64,000 nucleotides of DNA, taken from NCBI GenBank assembly GCA_973895155.1, contig OZ316893.1:18197836-18261835 (forward strand), written 5' to 3'. Position numbers and translations under genes: made by a program. Origin of the DNA: Marsupella aquatica (taxonomy: Eukaryota > Plantae > Marchantiophyta). Each line of letters opens with the position of its first letter. The stretch's first letter is position 1. Positions 47,498 to 61,137 of this stretch are shown one piece after another. The notes under the pieces are model-generated. The model saw only the letters and a list, made by a program, of their open reading frames with translations. It was not told the origin of the DNA and ran no database searches.

Positions 47498-50312
47498 CAT
47501 TGGAATGGATTTTTTATAAATTTTAATATCGTGAAACCCCACGGATAGGGGGGACAACAAAGGCCAATGCAGCCAGAACCTTACAACACAGCAGGGGCAA
47601 CAGTCCGGGGCCAACACACCCCAGCAGCCCCACACCCCCAACAGGGCAGACCACCGCAACATTAGCGGCCGACCCCTGGGAGCCCAAGAAAACTAATGAG
47701 CAACTAACAATGACACTACCAAGCTAAAAGACATCACACCACGCCATCACCAAAGCGAAGCCGACCAGCCCGAAACCAATCCTGACGATGAGAAGCAAGC
47801 CATTCGCCGGCCCGGCTCACCCGGGCATGACGCCTGCCAAGTGGAAAACGGCAGCCCACAGCAAACAAGTGATCTGCCGTCTCAGTGAGCACCAAGCCAA
47901 AATTCAAATTTCCTACCAACACCGCCCTGGAACATATGATCATTGCGGGCCCTCCAAATCATCCACAACATTTGGTAAAGCACAAACAGCTTCACAGAAT
48001 GAGTAACTTCCTTCCCCAGGGAATCATCCAACAGGGGCAGCAGACCTACACCGCAAGGCACCCGCAGAGTCCCAAGCACATCCCTATACATCTGCCAGCA
48101 CCTGATAGCAAACCTGCATTGAACAAACAGATGTGGCATCGACTCCAGCAGCCCACTGCAATACTTGCATTTGCCGTTACTAGCTTTAATTCTAAGAGCC
48201 CTCTCACCCGTGAACAGACCCCCAACAATCACCCTCCATATGAAGGTCTTGGCCCTGCAAGAGAGATCGGACCTCCACAGCCGACTCCATCTCTTATTCC
48301 ACTCCATCTCAGTCCCATTTGATGACCAGATACAGTTCAGACGCTCATAGAATGACACAAATGGTCTAAGAAACTCATACACCCTACAATTGGCAATATC
48401 AAAGTTCTTCAGGGGCCCAACCTTATCAGCCCATCTCCACCTCCGAGCCCCAGGGTCCAGGTTCAGGGTACAGGAGCCAAACGCCCAGATCTTTGCCAAA
48501 AATGCCTTAGTCAAACCGCGTTGCTCCTCAGAGAAACCCCTCATTTGATGCCACCGCAAGGGCATCTCCTTCCAACCAGCACTCTCCGTACACCATCCAT
48601 CCCTAATACTTCTCAAGCCTAGCCTGCCACAAATGGCAGTGATCCCTAATATATCCTCGTTTGGCAGCGAGTTAAATTCTGTACTGCATCTAAGGGTATC
48701 CTGAATGCTCCAGCGCCCTGGAATACCCCACATCCCAGGTTCGAACAAGAGATGTGCTCTCACCTGCTCCCAGGCCTTCCATAGACCAGCGGTATATGAA
48801 AGACCACCTCCGGTGCGGGGAGAACACAGCAAAAGCTTATCCTTGAGCGAAGACTGATTCCTGCGTATGACTTTGTAATTCAACCAGCCCATTAAGGAGA
48901 GGTTTGCAGCTAGCATTCTAGCCCATTCCAGATCAGGGGAATTCAGTGCTTTAATAAACCACTGTGACAAAAGAGCATCTAAGTGGCTCTTAAAGTCTTT
49001 AAAGCCCAGGCCACCTTCGACCTTTGGCAGAGACATCTTTGCCCAAGCAACCAACGGAATTTTCCTCCCTCCAGCAGGATTATAACCCCACAAGAAGTCG
49101 CGACTGAGAGCACTCAGTTTCTTTGCCAACTCGGCTGAAGCTTTGAAATGCATGACGTGATAAATTGGGATTGCCTGCAACACATGTTTTACTAATAAGG
49201 TCCTCCCTGTAAATGAGAGCAGCTTGTTAGTCCAAGATGCTAGCCGACCACTCACTTTATCTAGACAGAATTTGTGAAGTTGCTCAGTCCTCAAACCCAC
49301 ACCAATGGGGGCCCCAAGGTACTTTTGTATCTCCCCTCTCTGGCAAACGTGACATCCAACTTCCTGCAGCCACCGTGGGATGACATTAAGAGCCAGCGGG
49401 ATCACCATAGATTTTTGCAGGTTCAACCGGGCTCTAGAGGCCGTCTCATAGCAAGCCAACGCCACCATGGCCTCCTTGAAAGCCTGCTCTGAGGCAGGAA
49501 TAAACATACCCACATCATCCGCAAACAGACGATAACAGATAGTCAAAGTTTCGGAAATTGCAATACCACTCATCCTACCCGCAGCCAACTCCGCATCTAG
49601 GAAGTCCATTAATGGTTGGGTTGAAATGACAAAAAGCAGCAGCAATAGAGGGTAGCCTTGACGCACACCCCTTAGCAATTCAATCGGCCCAGAGCAATAA
49701 CCATTCACCAGAACCCTTGATGAAGCTTGCGAAAGAAGAGCTTGTACAAGCTTAATGAAATGACTGCTTATGCCCAATACGTGCATAGTCTCCCATATAT
49801 ACTCATGATTAACTCGATCAAACGCCTTTTCAAAGTCCAGCTTTAGAAAAAGTGATTCAGCCTTTTGCTTCTGCACCCAATCGCACGCCAACCATGCCAA
49901 TGAAATGTTCTCCAGGATATGATGACCTGGGATAAAACCAGTCTGCTGCGGGCTGATCATCTGGTTCAGTAGAGGCTTCAGCCGCAAAGCCAAGATCTTG
50001 GCAATGATCTTGTATACCGTGTTGAGCATCGTGAGCGGTCGCCAGTCTTTAAGGAATCGTTTGTCAGATTTTTTCGGAATAAACTTGATGATCCCCTCCT
50101 TGATCCCCCTATCCAGCTCCCCAGTAAGCCAGAATGCTTGAATCATCTCTACCAGATCATTTTCAATAAAGTCCCAACAAGCACGGTACACCTCTGCAGT
50201 CATCCCGTCCGGCCCAGGTGATTTGTCGCAAGGGAGCATCCATAATACATCTTTCACTTCCTTAGTTGTGTTCAAAGCATCCATTCTCCTCATTGCCCCA
50301 TCCGAAAGTGCA
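47498..50312 (-). mobile_element. 5'-truncated L1 LINE with 18-bp TSD TTTCTGAATGATATAATT
   Basis: TSD at 47480-47497 and 50313-50330. The 803-aa RT/zf-RVT ORF is related to the L1 at 39524-45857. Confidence 0.93.
47882..50293 (-). pseudogene. Truncated L1 ORF2 (RT plus zf-RVT)
   Basis: KSPGPDG, WRPLTML, KLDFEKAFD, FADD, CKYC..HLFVQC. Confidence 0.9.
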
Positions 50313-51005
50313 TTTCTGAATGATATAATTAGTCGTTTAAATGAGCAGTATTTAGTTAGACATAGACCTACTACTCCTTACCACCCAAAGGCAAATGGGT
50401 TGACAGAACAAGCCAATGGGATTATAGGAAAAATATTAAACAAGACTGTAGCTCTAAACAAACTCAATTGGGATGATAAACTGTTTGCTGTTGTTTTTGC
50501 TTACAATTTAGCCTATAAATCCACTACCGGTCATACACCCTTTTTCTTAACCTTTGGGCAAGAAGCTCTGGTACCCATGCAACTTGAGATACCTACATTT
50601 CAAATTACAATTGAGGAAAGAGTCTCTGAGGAGGAAAGCCTAAAGGAGCGAGAATATAGATTAGAAGCTTTAGAAGAAGCAAGAATGATTTCAGCCGAGA
50701 GAGTAGAATATAGACAGAATACCATGAAGCAACAGTATGATAAAAGATTGAAACCAGTTAGTATCCACACAAGAGATCTTGTATTACTTTATGATAGTAG
50801 GTATAGTAGGTTCCCAGGGAAACTTTACACTCGCTGGTTAGGACCCTTCAGGGTAAAAATGAAGTTCTCCAATGACTCTGTGCAATTGGCCAACATTACT
50901 GGAGAAATATACCCAGTTCGCATTCATTACGACCGCCTCAAGAAATACTATATGGACGAAGATGAAGTTGTTCGCGAGGACGCTTCACAATTAAGTGGGG
51001 AGCTA

Positions 51006-54000
51006 TGTGATGCCTAGTCAGGAATCATTAGGCCAGTTTAAATAGTAAAATCAGGAGTGTACCCTAGGAAACACCTTAGTATAGTAACAAAAATAGGGAA
51101 AATATAAATAATTAAGGGTGACTATAAACAACCCCCGTTGGTTACCCATAGCACTCGGGGTGGAAGTAGATACCGACAATCAACTCAAGAAGGGTATGAG
51201 CAACGTCAATCAAGCTGCTCATTTTTGGGGATGCCTATTAGAACGGGAAACTGAGTACATTGGGACCTATGAGGACGAAGAATCAGAGAGAGCGGCTCCA
51301 GAATGGCAGGAGCTCGCTCGGCTGTGGGAGCTGCAGAAGTCTACCTTCTTAGGAGGAGAACTCATTACGGCTGAATTCTTGTGGACGCCTACTGCCGACG
51401 AACTCGACGATCTTCTATTTTGTGAGAACATAATAGTTGGCATCCGGGAGGCCATCAATCGCTGCAACGACATACACTGGGAGTTGAAGGGTAGCACGAA
51501 GGGGTGGACAAAGGCAACCGTGCTAGGAGAAACATCCACGGCAGCCGCTATGAAGAGGAAAGGGAACAACAACAAAGAAGCCACCCCTGCGAAAAGAACA
51601 AGGTCGGTGGCACCCAGGAAACCAGAAGAGCAGGGAAGTAGGAGGCAGGCGGAAGCCGAAGAGGAGGAGGTCGACCCCATCAATGTCGTTCCAACAAGAG
51701 ATGACACCTGGAAAGGCTGGGCGGCGACCCTCCCCGAGGAGGTGCAATTACACTTTGCACGAGAAGAGGATGCATGCTTTACGACTATGCAGACTCGGAA
51801 ATACCAGGGCTTCATGGCCGGATCCGGCTTGGAAGCCTTCGTAAAGTTACCATGGTTGAAGCCGGAGGTGCCGGATTCAAATTTACTAGAATTCGTGGGA
51901 TCATGGGAGCCCGAGACCAATTCCACAAGGGTGTATGGGAAGGATTTCTATCTCACTCCCCGGGTGATTGCCGAAGTGTTTGGCTTGCCAATGGGCAATA
52001 AGACCAAAGTAGATACCAGGAAGACCTTGCCAGACAAGGAGTTCCGGTCGTTTCTAGGGCCATCAACAAAGAATGGCTTCTTCCGAAACACCTGCACAAA
52101 CCCGCACATAGGAGAAATGATTGATTTCTTGCGGGTGACCATGCATTGCAACTTGCCAAGGGTAGAGATCGGCAAGGCACAGGTCTATCTGGCGGAGAGG
52201 CCAGACCCAAGCCGAGACTACAACGGGTACCTCCTCACCCAACTAAAGAAGATCTTGAAGGAGGAACAACTGGTGATCGGCATGGGAAGCGTGTCCCGGC
52301 TTGGTTATCATATGCCACTGTTGTGCCAGTATGCCCGAAGTCAGATATTTTCCCCGGTACTGCCCCTGCAGGCAAGAGCACCAAAGGAGGTTCCGGAACT
52401 GAGGCCGACAACAGAGAACCAACCCAGCCCGACAGTCCTACAATCGAGCAGGTGTTTAGGCCGAGGAAGGAGGACTTGCCAATGCAGCAACCAGGCATGC
52501 AGAATCTGTTGAAATTGCTGGAGAAGGAAAGGAGAACGCAACGGCAACGGGACCGGTACAGAATACTGCTCCCGAAGTTGGCCTTAGCCAACTTACCAGG
52601 GAAAACCCCTTTATCGGGGTCAAGGAGAGAAGGAGGCCGAAACACGAGCCGGGAGTCCAAATGTATGTAGGAGCTTCAAGTCCCGAAGCTGAGGAAAAGC
52701 AGCCCAAAGCTCCTGGTCGCGACAAGGAGAAGATGAGATCAACGTGGAAGCCGAAGGAACCAGGACCCGTGATCTGTGAGGCCGTGTTCACGGCAAGACC
52801 AGGACAGCAATGGGGGAAGCTGGTAGTCCAAGCCGAGGAGGAGGCGGTAGAAGGCTACGACAATGATGACTCTGGCTACGGGTTGGACCATCATGTTCCA
52901 GGAATAAAGGACTTGTGGCAGGTTCATCCCCACGCTTCCAAGAGTAGTTCGAGGGGACCCAACCCGACAGAGCAGCCCCAAGTCTCCCCCACCAGATGTC
53001 GCTCCCCCGAGCTTTGAGGGCATAGAACAGACGGCACAGGAGTTTCAGGAATGACTCAGGGAGGAAGAAGAGGTAGCCCTGGCTAGGGAGAAAGATTTAC
53101 CAAGAGGAGAATGGCTAGAGGACATCAGGCGGCTTGCAGAAAAATGAAGCAGCCCTCCAGCCAGGATAGAAGAAATCCGCAAGGCGGCTTGGGAACAAAG
53201 GCCGCGGTGGATGATGCCGATGACTTCTACTCACTCCGCCTATGCTAAAGAACGAGCCATGGAGTACGGGGAGATGTGTGGGGAACTTGCGCTTGGCATC
53301 TTTGGGGAGGAGTTGGAGCAAGGACCCTTTTTCCAGAGGGAAATGTTGGAGAAGCGCCGATTAGAAGAAGCGGTGGCTTTGGAGAGAAGCAAGAAGGACG
53401 AGGTCATCCGTCGGCTTAGGGCAAGGGAAGCCAAGGTAGAAGACCTGAAGGCGGCCAAGAAAGCCCAAGATGAGTTGCGGATTAAGCGGCATGAGCTCAA
53501 CATCATGCAGGGGCAATTGGATACCGCGTAGTCTGATAATCAGATTATCAAGGATAAACTGATTCGGACCCAAGGAGAGTTGGCCGATTCGATCAAGGAG
53601 AAGGAGAAGTGGAAGCGAGAGCTGAGAGATGCAGAGGAGGCCCACATAGTAGCCAACAATCGGGCCATGGCGGAAACTCAAAGAAGGGAAAGGGCACTGA
53701 AGGGGGAACTTGAGGATATCCGCAGAGCCCTTGAGCAGAAGGAGGCCGAGTTAGGGAAATCCTATCAGGCGATTATCGTGCTGCGACAGGAGCTTGCATC
53801 CATGATGGCCAGCTTCCAGGCCGACCTATGTGAGAAAGACGACCAGCTTGATCGGACTTATGCCAAGATGAATAAAATGGAGTCTGAGGTCGTTATGGAG
53901 CTTGACAAGGAGCTGAGAGCAACCCAGGAGGAGAGGGCTACCTTAAAGAAGGAATTGGAGGAAGTCCAAAAGGAGCGGGAGGAGGTGTGCAAGGACCTAG

Positions 54001-55517
54001 ATGAATTGCAGGAGGAGTTGGAGGAAAGCACGTGGAAGATGGAGAACTTACAGCGGCGAGCCAACAACCAAACGAAGCGGCTGAAGAAACAGGCCGCAGT
54101 ATTTAAGTGCTTGGCTTCCTCAGGTACAACTCCAATTGGGGCAACCAAGTTGCCAGGAGTAGTACTGGCCGAAGGACAAGCCGAGACACTCGCACCAGTG
54201 CCGGAGGTAAGTGGCAAGGGGACGGGGCCAGCTGCCGAACCAAGGAAGAAGAAGCGGAAACCTTCTGGGTCAGGGAGTAATACGGCTCCTCAAGCCGTCG
54301 TGACCAAGGAGGTAAACCCAGCACCAACCTCAGGCAAGGTCACGGCAAAGGATCCAACTGCCCTAGAAGGCGGGGATGGCAAAGCCGAGGCCAGGATACT
54401 TGGTGATGAAGCCAGGCTACCGGATCCACCACTAGAGCATGTCGGGGAGGCTGTGGCCGATGCTGAGGCCGAAGCCGAGGGTGGGCCCAGTCAGGCCGAT
54501 GGAGAGTTGACTCGGTCCGGAGCAGGTAATCTGTCAGAGAATGGACCTACGGCAGTGGTTGCGGAGGAAGCGTTGGGGGCGTCCATTGAGGACCAGACAC
54601 CGCTGCCATGACGGTGGTGGAGGGTCGTTCCTTTTAAGGAGGGCGGATGTGGAGGGAGGAGGCGTGAGTGGGCAGGGCGGGCTCAGATCTCCAAGTTTAG
54701 AGTTAGGATCAGGACCAAGGGGCGGCCCTAACACTTAGCTTAGTGGGATTGCGGATCCACTAGTAAGAGCAACACTTGTGCTCCTGCCTCGCTGTACATA
54801 GGTAGATTACAGTTAGGTAGATTAGGCTTATGCTGCAAGGAATTAGGCGGGTCCACTGCCAGGATAAGTACCTGGGCAGCGGGGAGTTCAGGGCCTTCTT
54901 CCTTAGCAAGTTTTTAGTGCACCAGTGTGGCTGGGATCAAGTAGTTAAAGAAGCTCTCGGTTAGTTATATTGTGACCCTTGTGTATAGTCATGTTTCCTC
55001 ATACCTAAGAGATGAATAGAGTTGGCCTCACGGCTTAGTTCGCAGATCTTGTATATGAGAAGTACTGTTTGTATGGCAAGAGCATGGTATAACTCAGTCA
55101 AAAGGAGTCATTTTGCTATTTGTGTGTCGCATTAACCTATTTGAAGATTGCCCACATCAACCAAGAAGGGAGTAAGCAAGGTAGTAAGAGTTGGATGTGT
55201 CGAGCTGAGAGAGGTCTTAGCGGCTTACCCAAGCCAGTTGGGGATCATTCCGACGGCGAAATCCAAACATACCTAAAGGAAAACCGAGAGAGGAGGACAA
55301 GGGAAGGCCTAGAATAGGCCGGCTACGTATCTCATGACCCGATGAAGGATCTGTCCAGTATATGTGAGTAAAATGTTAATAGTAATAGCAGTGTAAGGAA
55401 GTTAGCAGCGTCCCATGCCGCTAAGCCACGAAATCGGCCTCGCCAAGAGCGAAACCTGCGGGAATCGGCTTGTGCAGAGGAGTTTCTTGGGTTTAGGGAG
55501 CCATGGGACGCACCACA
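51006..55517 (+). repeat. 3' LTR of element A (4512 bp)
   Basis: TG...CA ends. Follows the PPT. Same termini as the TSD-flanked solo LTR 29275-37737. Confidence 0.92.
51118..54611 (+). pseudogene. LTR-encoded accessory ORF of family A (~1150 codons, few lesions)
   Basis: Consecutive fragments 51118-52512, 52146-52670, 52661-53017, 53211-53531 and 53580-54611. Confidence 0.8.
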
Positions 55518-58412
55518 ACCCGGAATGTTGTCCCTATCAACTGTTTTGCTTCTTTGAATTTTCTTGTCATTTGTCCGGTTGAATCCAAAAGATTGCCCTT
55601 GAGCCAATTATTGCAAACCTCTCTCCATAAAGAGTAGAGCTTCTCGGGAGCAAACAAAATCCAATTGTACTTGTTGATGCTATTCACCTTTAACGTAACT
55701 TTGGCAAGTGTTTCATACTCATGGGAGGAAAGACCAAACAACTCAAAGTTAGCTAGCTCAAAGTTTTGAATCCCAAAATACTGGAAAGGCTCTACACGAC
55801 TCTCGCGTAGAAAGGAGAGAAGGACAAAGTGTCTGAATTTTGTTCACAACTCTCATGGAGAACCTACCTGAAATTCTGGAGATTTCCGACCCGATGGAAG
55901 TGGACGAGCTGGTCGCCCCATATCATTGTATTGCATTCTTGCATGTTTCACTTGATCAATAAATGGAGATGAAAACCGATGTGCCTCCGCCTGAACTTTC
56001 ACCGGAGTTGACCCTTTGAGAATTCGCGCGCGACGATATTTGAGCAAATTGGCTGTTTGCATGAGAGATGGTTGGGTCTTTGAACTCTGGATAATTTTCT
56101 TGGCGGCCATTGTGGAATGTTGACCACTGATGGCAAAGAACTTGAATTCCACAAGCTTCTTGGTGTCAATATCCTTTCCCGCAAGGTCAATTAAACTTGA
56201 TACTCTGTCGATCATCTTGTAAGGAACCAAATCTACAGGTAAAGGTTCTTGCCCTGCATTTGTCATCATCAGTTGCGCAAGATGGTTGACATGCTCCTCA
56301 TTGAGGAGTCTCTCATTTATCTTTGCAGGAGGGGGATGGATGTTTTCAACCGGGACAGAAAAAAATTTGGATATCCCGAAACAATACCAAGACTTATTCA
56401 ACTCCAATGTTTTTTCTGCAGTCTCCAGACAACTAGCTTCGCGGAACTAGGGTTCTCATCAATATCCACAGCTTCCTGATTTTTCTTTGCTTTCTTGGGC
56501 TTGTGAACGACAGCTTGAGAGGTGATGACAACCTTCTTCTCAACGTTTGGGGCCTTCTTCTCCACGGCTCTGACCATGGGAGTTTTCACAACAATTTCAG
56601 CCGACTCTCTGGTCGTTCCCCTTCGCTTAGGAGGCTTTGCCCTTGATTCCACAACTACTAATTCAACATCAAGTTTTGCTTTTTTCTTTCCCTTTGGTGA
56701 AGGATCTTTTACGACTCCCTTTTGCTTCAGCGTCCTGATCTCCGGTTCGACCTTTTCAACTTTCTTCCTGACCAACGCAGATTTCTATCCAACCCAAGAC
56801 TTTTGAGATGGTTTCTCCTCCTCAGGTTTTGCTGGTGAAGCGACTTTCTTTGCTTTGCTTGATTTTCGTATTCTGTCCTTGATTCCTTGCGCTTCCTCGA
56901 CAACTTGAATTCTCTTTTGAGAAGATGTTGCCTCTTCTTGTTTATCAACCGGAGATACGTTTTTTCCACCTTTCACTTGAGGCACAACTTTGCGCTGGTC
57001 AGAAACAAGAACTCTTTTTTGAGATGGTTTCTTGTCTTCTTTTTGTTCTTCCCATTGAACCTTCTTGCGGCCTGTTTTTGCCGCAGGCGGCTCATTTGCT
57101 TGATCAACGACTCTCACTCTCTTCCTAGGTAGTTTAGCTTCTTCATTTGTTTTCTCAAAATCAACCTTCTTCCGACCTAGTTTCCCTGATGGTGATTTTT
57201 TGTCCACTGCTTTTTTCTTCCAACTGGGTGTGGATGACTTTGACACGACACCAGCTTTCCCCTTCCTGGGCAAAACTCCCTTTGAAGTCTTTGTGTGTCG
57301 CTTCTCTGTTGGAGGCTTTGCTGGGGGGATGACCTCATTTTGTTGAATTTCCCCACTCTCAACATCATCGTTGGTTGGTTCAACTCCACCTTCTAAACTT
57401 GTTGACTCTGACTCATTCTCTGACTCATTCTCTGACTCATTCTCTGACCCCGCCCGATTCTGAAAAGTCTTCTTGCTCTCTTCTTGGACACTTCCCTCCT
57501 CTCCGTCATCCTCATTTTCTGACTCATAGACTGATATCGTTTCATGGGACTTGCTCTCTCCAGAGGCGGACGAGTCATCATCGGAGGAGTCATCCTTGTC
57601 CTTTCCCTCCCCATCATCATCGTCAATCTCTTTTCCACCAGCTTCTTTCTTCTTTGGGCGTACCAAGTCTTGGATTACTGGATGCCCTCGAATCCATTCC
57701 TCCACCTTTGTCTAAGTGAAGTGTTTCATGAACATAACATTCAGAGAAATAGTCATCTTTCTCCTCCAGTCATCGTCTGGGATCTTCATCCGCATTATGT
57801 GATCCACCTCTCGTGTCCGAGAGATAAAATATTCCGACTGCTTCATGACATAGGAGACCCGTCCAAGCCCCATAATTATTTCATCAACCGTAAAGACCCG
57901 GTCAGGTGAGAGCCATCTATCCGCCAAAGGATCGAAGAAATCGCATGAGACAACATTTGTGTCCTGGTTGTAAGGTTCAAGACAATGTGCTGAGCAAAAC
58001 CCATGAAGTGGAGCAACCATCTGCTTGAAATTCCAAGAACTCTCAGACTCCATGTGACGCTGCCGGTACGGCGGGTAATGAGTGATTCGGCCTAACGACG
58101 CTTAGCATGTGCGTTAGGGGTATCTTAGGCCATAATTATTAGCATAACAACAGTATTTAGGTAGCCATTATGAGTAGGAAATCATTAGTCAATAAGGGGC
58201 GTTCGTGTTCAGCCCGGCCGCGGGTTGCCATTCGCACGCCCGGGTTGCGAGCGTGTAATGGGCCCCTTTCTCGGGTTCATATAACAAACTCAGGGAGGCG
58301 GCCACTGACACACGCTGACCCGAACCGGCAGATTGTCCTGTACACTGCAAGCTTGAAAGGCTCGGCCTATAAGCAACGAGGAGGCATCGGGCAACCAATG
58401 AGATCTCAGGGG

Positions 58413-58419
58413 TATAAAA
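58413..58419 (+). promoter_or_regulatory. Conserved TATA box upstream of the LTR B ORF
   Basis: GGGTATAAAA lies 358-360 bp from the LTR start in all three B-type LTRs (1274, 12334 minus strand, 58413). Confidence 0.65.
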
Positions 58420-58479
58420 TGGGGGCCAATCCTTGGCAGGGCACCAGTTCTTCAGTTTACGCGCCAGCTTCGACCCCAG

Positions 58480-61137
58480 TTCTCTCACTTAGCCTTAGTC
58501 GTCGTCTATGTCCTCTGAATGTCGCACACGATCCTGTCCAATTTGGCCATATGATTCTGGACGTAGTTCCTGTCTATTGGAGGGCACTTGGCCGACTCAT
58601 TAAAACACGCCAACCCGCGATGATACAAAATCGAACGCGAGTACAAGAGAGCCATTCGCCTAGTAGGACAACACCACTATCTCCTTAACTTTGATGACCC
58701 ATCCTAGAGCGAGCTTTACCGACCCAAAGAAATATCAAGGTACTTCTTTGACGGAGGCAAATACATCGGCTTTTGGGAGGCATTGCTTTGGCTTACGGAC
58801 GAGGTCTTCAATATCCCGGGCACGATCAACTTGCAACAGCACCACTTCGACCACATCCCCGCTCGGGTCTGAGCTATTATCAATAGCGAGTTCAACACTA
58901 CCCGGTCGACAGGGCCGCCTATACTTGCTTCAAAAAACCTCCACCGGCACCTGCAGAACTTCATGGCAACTCTACCATCAACGACCAGTGCCGGCCAACT
59001 CGTGCCCGTGCCTGCACCTACACCTCCTCGGTCTCACCCGAGCCAGTCCCCACCACCGGTCCCACCACCTCTTTGAGTATGATCCGTGGTGAATGCGGTG
59101 AATATTAGCTTCGAAGACGAGGAGGCTCACCCTCCTCTGAATCGATGGCCGCGGGGTACGACGCAACAAGCATCGAATAACCCAGCATCACTCTAGCAAG
59201 CCCGAGGGGATAACACGGTCACTCTAGCGGCCCCGACACCAATACTCATGGCAGTCGCGCTACCACCACCTGACCGAGAGGAAGGAGAGATGTCCCCTTC
59301 TTCTAGTCAACCCGGGAATCAGTCTCGGGGTAGGAAGAGGAAGGAACCCGCAGCCGTATCCGGGTTGCCTTTGGCCACGGTTGCGGTAGCCAAGCTGACC
59401 ATGCATCGCATGGGGGACAATGTTCACAAGAACATCCTCCACTCCAAGCATGCATGATATCTGAAGACCCAAGGGTTTGAGCACCTTGCCTCTCTCCCTT
59501 GGAACGGAAGTAGGTACTACGGGCAGGATATGACGGAGTTCATTCAGAACTTTGACGAGTCCCGTCAACAAACCCGAGCGCACGGGAGATTGATGTGTCT
59601 CAATGAGGCATGTTTGAAGATGATTTTTGGCCTACCCGAGGGGATAAACCGGGTAGACTCACGAGCTCCTGGGGGCAAGGGAGCTAAATACCAGTCTTCT
59701 AGCTTCCCGACTGAGGGAGCAGTGGACAACGGATTCTTAATGAGAACGTGCCTCATACCAGAAGTGGCAGAATGCTTGGAGTTCCAGCGGTATGCCCTCC
59801 ACATGATGGAACCTAGAGGCAAAATATCGGCCGCCCAGGTCATCCAGGTGGAGAACTATCGGCCCAGGAAGTGGGCGTCCTTCTTTGTCAAGAAGTTCCA
59901 CAAGGAGATGGAGCGGAGAAGAAAGACTTTGTACCTTGGCGGAAAGGCGTACTTCGCTAGCCACATCAAAATCATCATCGAGTGGTATGCTCGTCTCGAC
60001 CGCCGCAGCCTCCCGCGTATCAATGAGCCTGAGCTGACCCCATCAAAATGGGTGTTCCCAGTCCAGGTGAGGCGACCGCAGCCCAAGGCCCAAAGTCTGG
60101 CAACTGCAAGCCCTGCTACCCCGGCCCCGCAACCCGCCATTGCCGCCCCGTGAAGCATACCCATAGACGTTATCGCGACCTTAGACGTGATCAATTGGGA
60201 CAATGCAATCAAAGCCGGGCCGGATGAAGCCATACCCGAAACAAATGCCATGGTAGCCGAGGAGATTCCACCACCCCCCGCGGTTGTGTAGGAGAACCGC
60301 CCACCTCCAGTGGAACCAGCCCCTTTGACCAACTTACCTCAAGGGCTGAATGTGTCCACTCCTACTCCCGCACGGGTTGGAGTCTGCCCGTGCCCAAATC
60401 CAGATGGACACAATCTAGACCATCCGGAACTCTTTGCGCCGGGCACATTTATGAACGGGTTGTTGGGAGATTTCTCTCAACAGATCTCTCGGAACACCGG
60501 GGAATACATGGCCCGAAGGGTGGCTTACTTCTTCAACCAGGAGTTGGTTGCGGCTGTAAGGGCAGGACATGCGCAGGCAGAGACAACACAGAGAACAAAG
60601 CAATACCGGGTTGAGTCTGCCTACCTAAAGGACGAAGTGGCAACCCTGGAGGCTGAACTCCAGCAACTGCGGCCTCAGGTAACGGCCACGGAGGACCAGG
60701 TTGCCAAGGCTAGGGCCCGAGGAGCTTTAGCAGAACAGACCGGGCTCGAAAAGGACGTCGAGATTGCACAGCTCCGGACCAAGATTGACGGTTTGAAGGG
60801 ACAAGCCATCAGTTGGCAAAAGGATCTAGAGGAAGCTGACTCTAGGTCTCAATGGGACACAACCGAGATTGACACCCTGAAGATAGAGGTGGCGCGGCTT
60901 CAAGGAGAAGCCACGAAACAGGCCCAATTGGTGGATAAGCTGACAAGCGACACCCAACAACTAGAGGAGGCATGCCAGGAGGCCGTGGAAGAGGCGAAAG
61001 AGGCGGATGCGGCGAAGCGGGAGAACAAATCTCTGTTGGACCAGGTCCAACTACTGAAGCAGGACGCCGACAGACTCAGAAGGCAGTGGGACAGCCGCTC
61101 CCACTCAGGCGGCTTTGGCAAGCGTGCCAGGCATTAG
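58480..61137 (+). pseudogene. LTR-encoded accessory ORF of family B
   Basis: Homologous to 9684-12262(-). Ends GKRARH*. Confidence 0.78.

Larger units (their letters stand above)
45860..51017 (+). pseudogene. pol: pol of element A, with the integrase split by an L1
   Basis: FIDDF, WGIDFMGP, SDRGTHFLNDII|SRLNEQY, YHPKANG, WLGPF. Confidence 0.92.
45858..55517 (+). mobile_element. 5'-truncated Ty3/Gypsy element A (mid-RT to 3' LTR)
   Basis: Starts abruptly at DQIKTAFITEWG. RNase H and integrase follow. PPT AAGTGGGGAGCTA precedes LTR 51006-55517. Confidence 0.9.

Noticed and set aside
29275-55517. The two family A LTRs as the paired LTRs of one element
   Set aside because: The first has its own TSD (GTCTT) and no PBS, and the second is followed by ACCCG. 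They are separate insertions.
57406-57447. 12-bp tandem repeat CTCTGACTCATT as a regulatory array
   Set aside because: Explained as SENE coding repeats in the acidic minus-strand ORF.
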